Assembly (NCBI GenBank): GCA_018813405.1
Contig: JAHJBW010000082.1
Span: 1-27,507, forward strand
Length of the DNA: 27,507 nucleotides
Direction of reading: 5' to 3'
From: Candidatus Margulisiibacteriota bacterium
Lineage (GTDB): Bacteria; Margulisbacteria; WOR-1; XYC2-FULL-46-14; JAHJBW01
A program made the translations under genes and the position numbers. Below are positions 8,208 through 15,763 of this stretch, in pieces (position 1 is the first letter of the stretch; each line of letters begins with the position of its first letter). The notes beneath the pieces are model-generated. The model saw only the letters and a program-made list of their open reading frames with translations, ran no database searches and was not told where the DNA came from.

Positions 8208-10456
8208 TCGATCCCCAGGTTCTTAAGCGCCTCGAATGATGCGGTAATGCGACGGGCTTTGTTGTCCCCTTCCGGCTTTGATACCAGTCCCTCGGCCTCT
8301 ATTTCATCCATTAACCTTGCCGCGCGGTTGTAGCCTATGCGCATCTTTCTCTGCAGATAGGAAGTGGAAGCTATCTGGCTTTCCATGATAAGTTTGACCG
8401 CCTGATTAAAAAGGTCATCCCTGCCGTCTTTTGCCTTTTCCTCTTTAGAGTCGGTCTCCAGCGAAGACAGGGTCTGCACCTCGGCAATTCTTTCTTCGTA
8501 TTCGGGAGCCGCTTGCTTTTTGATGAACTTGATCACCCTTTCGGCCTCTGGATCAGTAACAAAGCATCCCTGCAGCCTTGTCGCTTTCATGGCGCCAACA
8601 GGGTTGTAGAGCATATCGCCCCGTCCCAACAGCTTCTCGGCGCCCGAAGAGTCGATTATAACGCGCGAGTCTATCTGTGTGGCCACGGCAAAAGCGATCC
8701 TGGAAGGGATGTTCGCCTTGATAAGCCCGGTGATTACATCGACAGAAGGCCTCTGCGTGGCAATAACAAGGTGTATGCCCGTGGCGCGCGCCATTTGCGC
8801 CAGCCGGCAAATGGTGGTCTCAACCTCTGCGGCGGCAATCATCATAAGGTCGGCCAGCTCGTCGACAATTACCACCAGTTGAGGCATTTTTTCTTGAGGC
8901 TCGACGCGCTTATTATACGAAGCCAGATTGCGCACGCCGACCTTATAGAATATCTGATAGCGCCGTTCCATCTCGCGCATAACCCACTCTTTTAGGGTCA
9001 GGGCGGCAGAGCGCGGTTCGGTAACCACGGGAGCAAGAAGATGAGGAATGCCGTCATAAAGTGTAAGCTCAACCATCTTCGGATCGATCATGATGAACTT
9101 GACCTCATCTGGTTTGGCGCGGTAAAGAATGCTCATTATCAAAGAATTGATGCACACACTCTTTCCCGAGCCGGTCGTGCCGGCTATCAATAAATGCGGC
9201 ATTTTTGCCAGGTCACCGTAGATCGGAGAGCCGGACAGGTCTTTGCCCAGCGCGATGAAAAGTTTGGAGGAGTTGTTTTTAAACTCGTTTTGTTTGATGA
9301 TGTCCTTGAGTCTGACCGTAGTAATAGTGGTGTTGGGGACTTCAATTCCAATAACGGCCTTGCCGGGAACGGGCGCTTCAATACGCACGCCGCCCGAGGC
9401 CAGGTTGAGGGCAATGTCATCCGCCAGGTTGGCGATCTTGCTGACCTTGACCCCGGGATCAGGCTGGAGCTCAAAGCGTGTGACAGCCGGACCCTGGTTG
9501 ACAGAAACGACCCGCGCGCCCACTCCAAAACTTGCCAGGACTTCTTCCAACAATTTCTTTCGCAGGTCGGTGGTTTCCTGCATCTTGGCGGCTTTTTTGA
9601 TCTCTTGCTTGGTCCTGTCTTCCAGCAGGTTCAAGGGTGGTAATTTGTAATCGGCGTAAGACTGGTGGCTTCGAGTGGCGTCAATATCTTCGACCACAAT
9701 AGTGGTCGACTCCTCCTCTTCCACATCCTCGGCATCCGTTTTCTCTTCTTCCATATGCTGAGGAAGGGGGAAGCTAACTACCGGTTTTCTTTCGACTTCA
9801 GACTTCTTTTCCTCTACCGGTCGCGTATCATCCTCTCCCTCATCCTCACCTTCTATTTCTGCCGGCGTTTTTCTAAGGCGTATCTTTCTTTCTTTTCTTT
9901 CAACAGCTTGAGGGAACAGGAAGGACGCCAGGAAAGAAAGCAATCCGCGGAAAGTAAGATTGGAGACCAACAGCAGTCCGATAAAACATACAGCCGACAA
10001 AATAATATAAGACCCTACCGGGCCCAGCACCCTTTCAAGAGAAAACCTGAACCCATAGCCAATCAAACCACCCGCCCCCTGAAGGAAGTAGTACTGTTCC
10101 ACGGGAGCAAAGTAGGAGCTGGAATAAAATTGGGCAAAGGTAATAAAATCAAGGAATAGCACGAGCAGTCCTACCAATCTTATGGCCAGTTCTCTGACCT
10201 CGTGCCTTAACAGCATGATGACCCCGTAGGAAGCGACAAAGAAGGGCAGTAGATAAACGCCTATCCCCATCACCGCCCGGAAAAAGGTCTTGACCAAATA
10301 CAGGCCAACTATGCCGGTGGATGAGGACAGGTTAGAAATAAAAATGAATATGCCCAGGGCGATCAGCAGAATTCCGCCTATGTCCTGCTTGAAATGGGAA
10401 AATTCCCAACCGGGCTTTTCATCATCAGTAGTAGTATTGGACTTTTTCCTGGCCAC
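8204..10456 (-). CDS. ftsK: DNA translocase FtsK/SpoIIIE
   Basis: N-terminal TM helices; GPAVTRFEL, HLLIAGTTGSGKS, IVDELADLM, HLVIATQRPSVDV, gamma domain IGYNRAARL. Confidence 0.97.
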   Translation of the reverse strand: MARKKSNTTTDDEKPGWEFSHFKQDIGGILLIALGIFIFISNLSSSTGIVGLYLVKTFFRAVMGIGVYLLPFFVASYGVIMLLRHEVRELAIRLVGLLVLFLDFITFAQFYSSSYFAPVEQYYFLQGAGGLIGYGFRFSLERVLGPVGSYIILSAVCFIGLLLVSNLTFRGLLSFLASFLFPQAVERKERKIRLRKTPAEIEGEDEGEDDTRPVEEKKSEVERKPVVSFPLPQHMEEEKTDAEDVEEEESTTIVVEDIDATRSHQSYADYKLPPLNLLEDRTKQEIKKAAKMQETTDLRKKLLEEVLASFGVGARVVSVNQGPAVTRFELQPDPGVKVSKIANLADDIALNLASGGVRIEAPVPGKAVIGIEVPNTTITTVRLKDIIKQNEFKNNSSKLFIALGKDLSGSPIYGDLAKMPHLLIAGTTGSGKSVCINSLIMSILYRAKPDEVKFIMIDPKMVELTLYDGIPHLLAPVVTEPRSAALTLKEWVMREMERRYQIFYKVGVRNLASYNKRVEPQEKMPQLVVIVDELADLMMIAAAEVETTICRLAQMARATGIHLVIATQRPSVDVITGLIKANIPSRIAFAVATQIDSRVIIDSSGAEKLLGRGDMLYNPVGAMKATRLQGCFVTDPEAERVIKFIKKQAAPEYEERIAEVQTLSSLETDSKEEKAKDGRDDLFNQAVKLIMESQIASTSYLQRKMRIGYNRAARLMDEIEAEGLVSKPEGDNKARRITASFEALKNLGID

Positions 10457-10495
10457 GTTGCGATTATAGCAAAATAAGCCGGGAAAACAAATACC

Positions 10496-10525
10496 CTGAA
10501 ATTATCTTATCCTGACTTCGATAAT
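10496..10525 (+). promoter_or_regulatory. Candidate sigma28-like promoter motif, copy 1
   Basis: CTGAAATT-N16-GATAAT, which reads as GAAA-N15-TTCGATAA, 6 nt before ATG 10531. Confidence 0.4.
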
Positions 10526-10530
10526 ATATT

Positions 10531-11271
10531 ATGAGAGTCGCCGGCGAATCCTATATCCGCCCTTTTTCATTCTTTCAACGTTTCCATGCGCTCCGCCACG
10601 TTCTTCGCGCTTCTGACAGATTTTTGAAAGGAAGGCCGGACGCCAGCCTGCCAGAGGATTGTATTTGGGATGTCACAAAGTGCGATCCGCATACAAAGAA
10701 ATTATTCCTGCCGAGATCAAATCGGGAAGGATTAGTGAAACTTTTGGGTTCAGCGCGACTCGCCGAAATAGCTGAATCCGCATCCATGCATCTGGCATAT
10801 AACGCGGAGCATGTTGCACCCTATCCAGTATTGACTTCATATTGTATCGTGGATAATCATCTTGTTGTCCAGACGCGTGACCTTGGGCAGGGCCTTGAAA
10901 GCTATCTTCTCCGCCCGGGACTTCCATATTCAACCCGGCCTTATTCAATAATGCTCCGTTTGCATCAAGAACAACAAGGCAATGGCATCATGCTTACGAT
11001 GAACCAAGTTTTGAATGGCTGTTCCGGGTCAATGGCAATAGAATCTTCTGGCCAAAAGATCCGCCTGCGCAATTATCGCGGGGAGATCGTGGCACAGAGG
11101 ATCTTTGGGTCCAAGATCATCGGGACCAGGTTTTTATTGTTCCTTCCCCTTCTGGCGGAATGGCACGCGGAAGAGCAGGGAGATGACCATTTTCATATGC
11201 CAGCCATGCTAAAAATACGCTTTCTGCCTGATCTGAAAATGCGTTTCTGGCATATCTGGAGCGTTGATTAA
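10531..11271 (+). CDS. Orphan protein with a GHKL/HATPase_c-like domain and no DHp domain
   Basis: N-box HLAYNAEH, G1 VVQTRDLGQG, F-box-like LPYST, G2 QGNGIML, terminal GTRFLLFLP; about 75-aa unrecognised N-terminal region. Confidence 0.65.
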   Translation: MRVAGESYIRPFSFFQRFHALRHVLRASDRFLKGRPDASLPEDCIWDVTKCDPHTKKLFLPRSNREGLVKLLGSARLAEIAESASMHLAYNAEHVAPYPVLTSYCIVDNHLVVQTRDLGQGLESYLLRPGLPYSTRPYSIMLRLHQEQQGNGIMLTMNQVLNGCSGSMAIESSGQKIRLRNYRGEIVAQRIFGSKIIGTRFLLFLPLLAEWHAEEQGDDHFHMPAMLKIRFLPDLKMRFWHIWSVD

Positions 11272-11277
11272 AATTAG

Positions 11278-11307
11278 CTGAAATTTTTTGGAAGAGTGGC
11301 AGATAAC
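11278..11307 (+). promoter_or_regulatory. Candidate sigma28-like promoter motif, copy 2
   Basis: CTGAAATT-N16-GATAAC, which reads as GAAA-N15-GCAGATAA (7/8 match to GCCGATAA). Confidence 0.45.
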
Positions 11308-11429
11308 TAACTGAGAAGGCATAGGCGGTTGGGAAGCACGAGAAGTAGCCAAGCCTATGTTCAATATAGGAGCGAAACTGCGATGACCTTCAGTAATATG
11401 AGGGTGAGTTATCCGGAGCTCTTAGTTAG
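11302..11429 (+). ncRNA. Unassigned structured leader/intergenic RNA candidate
   Basis: Complementary segments: CATAGGC(11320-26)/GCCTATG(11353-59) extended by GGTT/AGCC; ACCTTCA(11386-92)/TGAGGGT(11399-405); CTAACTGAGA(11307-16)/TCTTAGTTAG(11420-29); GATAACT(11302-08)/AGTTATC(11407-13). Confidence 0.35.
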
Positions 11430-11463
11430 AAAGAATTTTATAGATAATGGGAGGGGTAATTAA
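11383..11463 (+). CDS. Putative 26-aa upstream ORF (MTFSNMRVSYPELLVRKNFIDNGRGN)
   Basis: AGGAG at 11368-11372, 10 nt before the ATG; its TAA lies 1 nt before the ATG of the next gene. Confidence 0.3.
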   Translation: MTFSNMRVSYPELLVRKNFIDNGRGN

Positions 11464-11464
11464 T

Positions 11465-13090
11465 ATGGGATTTTTTACAAGAGTGGTTAAGCATAGTCCG
11501 CAGCTAACAACTTATGCTCAGGCTAAGCTTGGCGGGACCGGCCTATCAAAATTAAGACGAGTTCACCATCATTCAGGCTCAGATAAGATCGCGCAAGAGA
11601 AGCTAGCGTCGGCATTAAAACAATTGCCATGTTCCACCTTAGCCCGTTTGCGTGAAATGCAAAGCTCAGGCATATCCGATGGAGATTTCTACAGCGAGGA
11701 AGTTAGACCTGCTTTATTAAATGTCAACAGATATGGAGACAACGAAGTTGAGCATCTCCCTGTAAAAGACTTTCTTTCTCTTACCCCACATGTTCCTCAT
11801 CCCGAAGCCAAGGCAGGGGGAAGATGGGAGCAGGACCAAGTATTAATTCACGATACAGATGAGTTGGTTGAGGTTGCAGACGAGGGGGCGCAAATAATAT
11901 CTAATGGCCAATGCGCCATGGGAATTCCCGCTGCCGGAGTCGCTTCTCGCGCCGCCGATATTTTCCGCTCACGCGAAGACTTGGTTGGAATTATGACCTA
12001 TTTGATGGGGTACCTGGAAGGATTAAATGGACTATCAGAAAACACCTATCCTCCTCGGTTTCTTTATCCGGTTGCCTCAACACGTGGCATAATGACCTTG
12101 TTAGGGATGATGCTTGAAAACTTGCATATTGTTGGCACAGAACTTGGGACCGTAATTCCATCGTTACTAATGCTTCACCCTAACATGTCTGAATTTGTTT
12201 TAGCAAAACTTGCTGATCATATCAAAAAATGGGGGCCAGATTGGCAAGAAAGCATTCTTCTCTGGGCACAATCTATGTCCCAACGGTACTATTTAACTGA
12301 TCAACAACCTTTAAAAGATCTCTTCCCAAATGGTCATGGAGAACATCCTCGCATGCTGGCAGAACTAGACATGTTTAATTTCCTGAGAAGTAAGGGGATT
12401 AATTATTATTTCTTTGCCAACGCCGATGAAATTGTATTTGGTCCCAATCCAATCCTCGCTGGCGTTGCTGGACGATTGATCCAAATGGGTTACGCTCAGG
12501 TTGTTTTTGTAGTGGATAATCCGACAAATCAGGGTGGAGGCGGCCCCGTCCGGCACATTACCGTTCCCGAAAATACGCATCTTATCGAAAATCCAAGCAT
12601 GCCCACAAGCTTCATCACAGGTGGCAAATATCCGCGTTGCATTAACACACTTTCCATTGTTGGTTCTACCGATAAACTTGCTCAGGTAAGCCCTGGGCTG
12701 GCGGCCAAAACCACTTTGCTTTTAGAAGCCAAGGTTTGGGAAGGCAGAAATGGAGGGGTCGAGCTGATAGCCAGCGCAGAGGGACATGCGGGAACTGAAT
12801 TGACCAATCCCCACGGCAGAGATGCGGGGAGTTACAGGAATGCGTTTGTCTACGTCAACCGTCCTGGCTTTTTCATGGGCATCAAAACCCCGGCGCACGT
12901 CTATGATGGAAGCACTCCTCCAGAGCTTTTAGCTGACCCTATCTTCGGGCGAATGTCCTATGCCACCTATACGCGGCATATGTTTAACACCTTTCCAGCA
13001 ATATTGCGCGGCATGATCGAGCGCGATCGATCTGTTTTAGAACAAATTTTTAAGCGCGGAGGTAGCTATCTGCTTCCCATTGATGACTGA
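11465..13090 (+). CDS. Divergent UDPGP-family nucleotidyltransferase (UDP-sugar pyrophosphorylase-like) with an N-terminal extension
   Basis: Motifs in the order found in UGPase/UAP: IPAAGVASR, YPPRFLYPV, LFPNGHGE, YYFFANADE, NQGGGG, HLIENP, INTLSI, ELIASAEG, FFMGIK. GGAGGGG SD at 11449-11455 supports ATG 11465 over 11447. Confidence 0.6.
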   Translation: MGFFTRVVKHSPQLTTYAQAKLGGTGLSKLRRVHHHSGSDKIAQEKLASALKQLPCSTLARLREMQSSGISDGDFYSEEVRPALLNVNRYGDNEVEHLPVKDFLSLTPHVPHPEAKAGGRWEQDQVLIHDTDELVEVADEGAQIISNGQCAMGIPAAGVASRAADIFRSREDLVGIMTYLMGYLEGLNGLSENTYPPRFLYPVASTRGIMTLLGMMLENLHIVGTELGTVIPSLLMLHPNMSEFVLAKLADHIKKWGPDWQESILLWAQSMSQRYYLTDQQPLKDLFPNGHGEHPRMLAELDMFNFLRSKGINYYFFANADEIVFGPNPILAGVAGRLIQMGYAQVVFVVDNPTNQGGGGPVRHITVPENTHLIENPSMPTSFITGGKYPRCINTLSIVGSTDKLAQVSPGLAAKTTLLLEAKVWEGRNGGVELIASAEGHAGTELTNPHGRDAGSYRNAFVYVNRPGFFMGIKTPAHVYDGSTPPELLADPIFGRMSYATYTRHMFNTFPAILRGMIERDRSVLEQIFKRGGSYLLPIDD

Positions 13091-13129
13091 ACAAATCACA
13101 AAGCTATTTTGGTTTCACAATGAGTCGTT

Positions 13130-13159
13130 TTGACAACCGCTTCTCCTGCGCGCTATAAT
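13130..13159 (+). promoter_or_regulatory. Sigma70-type promoter of the leuC-leuD-archease-MgtC-miaA unit
   Basis: TTGACA (13130-13135), 18 nt, TATAAT (13154-13159), 8 nt, ATG 13168; no SD. Confidence 0.75.
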
Positions 13160-13167
13160 CAATCCAT

Positions 13168-14421
13168 ATGGGAAAAACCATCGCAGAAAAGATCCTCTCC
13201 AACCACAGCGGCAAGGACGCGCATGCCGGTGATATTGTCATAGCCGACCTGGATTTTATGATCGGCCAGGACGGGACCTCGGGCGTGGCCATTGATTCCT
13301 TCCGCAAAATGTCCGCCAAGAAAGTGGCCGATCCTTCCAAAATCGCCATAATAATTGACCACTCCTCCCCTTCTCCCAACCAGGGGGTTTCGGCTATCCA
13401 CAAAAAGATCCGCGAGTTCGCCGCCGAGCAAAAGATAAAACTCTACGATATCGGTTGCGGCGTGTGCCACCAGATCACCCCGGAGCAGGGCCATTGCGTC
13501 CCCGGCGACCTGGTCATCGGCGCGGATTCTCACACCTGCACCTACGGCGCGATCAATGTTTTCTCAACAGGCATCGGGTCAACCGACCTGGCGGCGGGCA
13601 TGATATCGGGCAAACTCTGGTTCAAAGTACCGGAAACGCTCAAGGTGGTATATAAAGGAAAACTTCCGAAAGGAATATACTCGAAAGATCTTATACTTAA
13701 CCTGATCGGCAAGATCGGCGCGGACGGCGCCACCTATATGGCACTTGAAATAGATGGAGATGCCATCAACGAAATGTCGGTCGATGCCCGCTTTACCATT
13801 TCTAACATGGCCATAGAGTGCGGCGCCAAATGCGGCATCATGAAAGCGGACAAAAAGGTGATGGATTGGGTGGCCAAACATTCCAAACGCAAGCCGGGCC
13901 CGATCGAAGCGGACAAGGATGCAAAATACAAACAAGTCATCGAGATCGACGCCGCCAAACTCGAGCCGCAGATCGCCAAACCGCATACAGTGGATAACAC
14001 CTGCGGGGTTTCCGAGGTTGTTGGCACCCCGATCCAACAAGGTTTCATTGGAACCTGCACAAACGGGCGGCTGGAAGATTTCCAGATCGCGGCAAATATC
14101 TTGAAGGGCAAAAAAGTGGCGGACGGCTGCCGCTTGATCATTGCCCCGGCTTCAAAAGACATTATGCTGGACATGATAAAAGACGGCGCTTATCAAACGC
14201 TGGTAGAAGCAGGCGCGGTAGCGGTAACCCCAGGCTGTGGCCCCTGTGTGGGAACGCACAACGGCGTGCCGTCTGACGGTGAAAATGTGATCTCAACCGC
14301 TAACCGCAATTTCAAAGGCAGGATGGGCAACCCCAACTCGTTTATCTATCTCGCTTCGCCAGCCACAGTGGCGGCTTCGGTAATAGAGGGGAAGATCGCG
14401 GATCCGAGGAAATACCTATGA
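13168..14421 (+). CDS. leuC: 3-isopropylmalate dehydratase/homoaconitase family large subunit (short HacA-like type)
   Basis: MGKTIAEKIL, IIDH, GADSHTCTYGA, [4Fe-4S] ligands GTCTNGR and PGCGPCVG, STANRNFKGRMG; 417 aa. Confidence 0.88.
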   Translation: MGKTIAEKILSNHSGKDAHAGDIVIADLDFMIGQDGTSGVAIDSFRKMSAKKVADPSKIAIIIDHSSPSPNQGVSAIHKKIREFAAEQKIKLYDIGCGVCHQITPEQGHCVPGDLVIGADSHTCTYGAINVFSTGIGSTDLAAGMISGKLWFKVPETLKVVYKGKLPKGIYSKDLILNLIGKIGADGATYMALEIDGDAINEMSVDARFTISNMAIECGAKCGIMKADKKVMDWVAKHSKRKPGPIEADKDAKYKQVIEIDAAKLEPQIAKPHTVDNTCGVSEVVGTPIQQGFIGTCTNGRLEDFQIAANILKGKKVADGCRLIIAPASKDIMLDMIKDGAYQTLVEAGAVAVTPGCGPCVGTHNGVPSDGENVISTANRNFKGRMGNPNSFIYLASPATVAASVIEGKIADPRKYL

Positions 14422-14924
14422 TACAAAAAGGCAAAGCTCGAACATTCCCAAATCATCCCAACGACATCAACACGGATTATATCATCTCCGGACGCTACAA
14501 GTTCAAGATCCAGGACCCGAATGAACTTGCTACACATGTAATGGAAGATCTCGATCCAAACTTTTTCAAGCGCGTTGAAAAAGGCGATTTTATCGTTGCC
14601 GGCAACAACTTTGGCTGCGGTTCTTCACGAGAGCAGGCCCCTATGGCTATCAAGTACGCCAACATCTCGGCGGTGATCGCCAACTCCTTTGCAAGAATTT
14701 TCTACCGCAACTGTTTTAACCTTGGACTGCCGGCTATCGAGGCTGACACTTCGGGGATCGAAGAAGGAGACGAGCTGGAGCTGGACATGGATGCCGGCAT
14801 CCTAAAGAATAAGACCAAAAACAAAGAAATAAAGATAGCACCGGTCCCAAAGACCATGCAGACCCTTCTTGCCGACGGCGGGCTGGTGGAGCACTTTAAA
14901 AAGCATGATGGATTCAAGGTTTGA
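14418..14924 (+). CDS. leuD: 3-isopropylmalate dehydratase/homoaconitase family small subunit
   Basis: INTDYII, AGNNFGCGSSREQAP, VIANSFARIFYRNCFNLGLP; ATGA overlap with the large subunit. Confidence 0.88.
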   Translation: MIQKGKARTFPNHPNDINTDYIISGRYKFKIQDPNELATHVMEDLDPNFFKRVEKGDFIVAGNNFGCGSSREQAPMAIKYANISAVIANSFARIFYRNCFNLGLPAIEADTSGIEEGDELELDMDAGILKNKTKNKEIKIAPVPKTMQTLLADGGLVEHFKKHDGFKV

Positions 14925-15315
14925 AATCATTGACCATCCCTCTGACATTGGCATAATCGCCTACGGCGACAACTACAAAGAGACCTTTGAGAACGCCGCG
15001 GCAGGAATGTTTTCAGTAATAGCCAAGATCCCGGAAGTTCCGGGCAAGCTTTCCTTTGATCTGCAAATCCAGGCCAATGACAGGGAAGAATTGCTGGTGG
15101 ATTGGCTCAATGAGCTGATCTACCTTGAAGAATCCCAAAAAGTGCTGTTAAACCGGTTTGTGATAACCCTGCTTAACGATAAAGAGCTCAAGGCGCATGT
15201 TGAAGGAATAAAGATCGATCCCCTGCTCCACAGCCTGCACAGATCTATTAAAGCCGCTACCTATAATATGTTAGAATTATCTGAAAAGAAAGCGAGGGTG
15301 ATCTTTGATGTTTAA
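14905..15315 (+). CDS. Archease (SHS2 fold, RtcB activator family)
   Basis: FEIIDHPSDIGI, FENAAAGMF, EELLVDWLNELIY, IKAATY, C-terminal VIFDV. Start is ATG 14905 or 14908. Confidence 0.9.
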   Translation: MMDSRFEIIDHPSDIGIIAYGDNYKETFENAAAGMFSVIAKIPEVPGKLSFDLQIQANDREELLVDWLNELIYLEESQKVLLNRFVITLLNDKELKAHVEGIKIDPLLHSLHRSIKAATYNMLELSEKKARVIFDV

Positions 15316-15739
15316 CCTTGGATGGGAAGCTGATGTCATATTGAAATTGATCCTGGCCTGTGTCTTTGGCGGCATGATCGGAGTGCTCAGGGAACAGGAA
15401 AAAAAGGCCGCGGGCCTGCGGACCCACATGCTGGTTTGCATGGGCGCCGCGCTGTTCGTGGTCATCTCTCTCTTTATCGAAAGCAAATATATTGGCGTTG
15501 ACGTGGGGCGCATTGCCTCCAATGTCGTCATCGGCATCGGCTTTATCGGGGCCGGCACCATAATACAATCACGCGAAGGCTCGGTGATCGGCATAACCAC
15601 CGCGGCCTCTATCTGGGTCACCGCCGCCATCGGTGTGGCACTGGGCTTTGGCATGTACATTACAGCCTTAACCGCTATGGTCCTCGCGGTGATCGCCCTA
15701 AAATTCCTTGGCCACATTGAAAAAAGGTTTTTCAAGTAA
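15308..15739 (+). CDS. MgtC/SapB family membrane protein
   Basis: GGMIGVLRE, AGLRTHMLV, GRIASNVVIGIGFIGAGTI, GITTAASIWVTAAIG. Confidence 0.92.
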   Translation: MFNLGWEADVILKLILACVFGGMIGVLREQEKKAAGLRTHMLVCMGAALFVVISLFIESKYIGVDVGRIASNVVIGIGFIGAGTIIQSREGSVIGITTAASIWVTAAIGVALGFGMYITALTAMVLAVIALKFLGHIEKRFFK

Positions 15740-15763
15740 ACAACTGCATGGACGCATAGAAAG

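Noticed and set aside
11310-11400. CTGAGA, GCGAAAC and AAGTAGCCAAG suggesting a TPP riboswitch, hammerhead or SRP RNA
   Set aside because: The other required core elements (TPP ACCTGAT...AGGGA, hammerhead CUGANGA with stem II/III geometry, SRP CAGG-tetraloop-AGCA) are missing or wrongly spaced.
13104-13533. Minus-strand ORFs opposite leuC, and the many similar shadow ORFs opposite ftsK, hisD, ctpA, uvrC and ssb
   Set aside because: They lie fully antisense to well-supported genes and show no family motifs.
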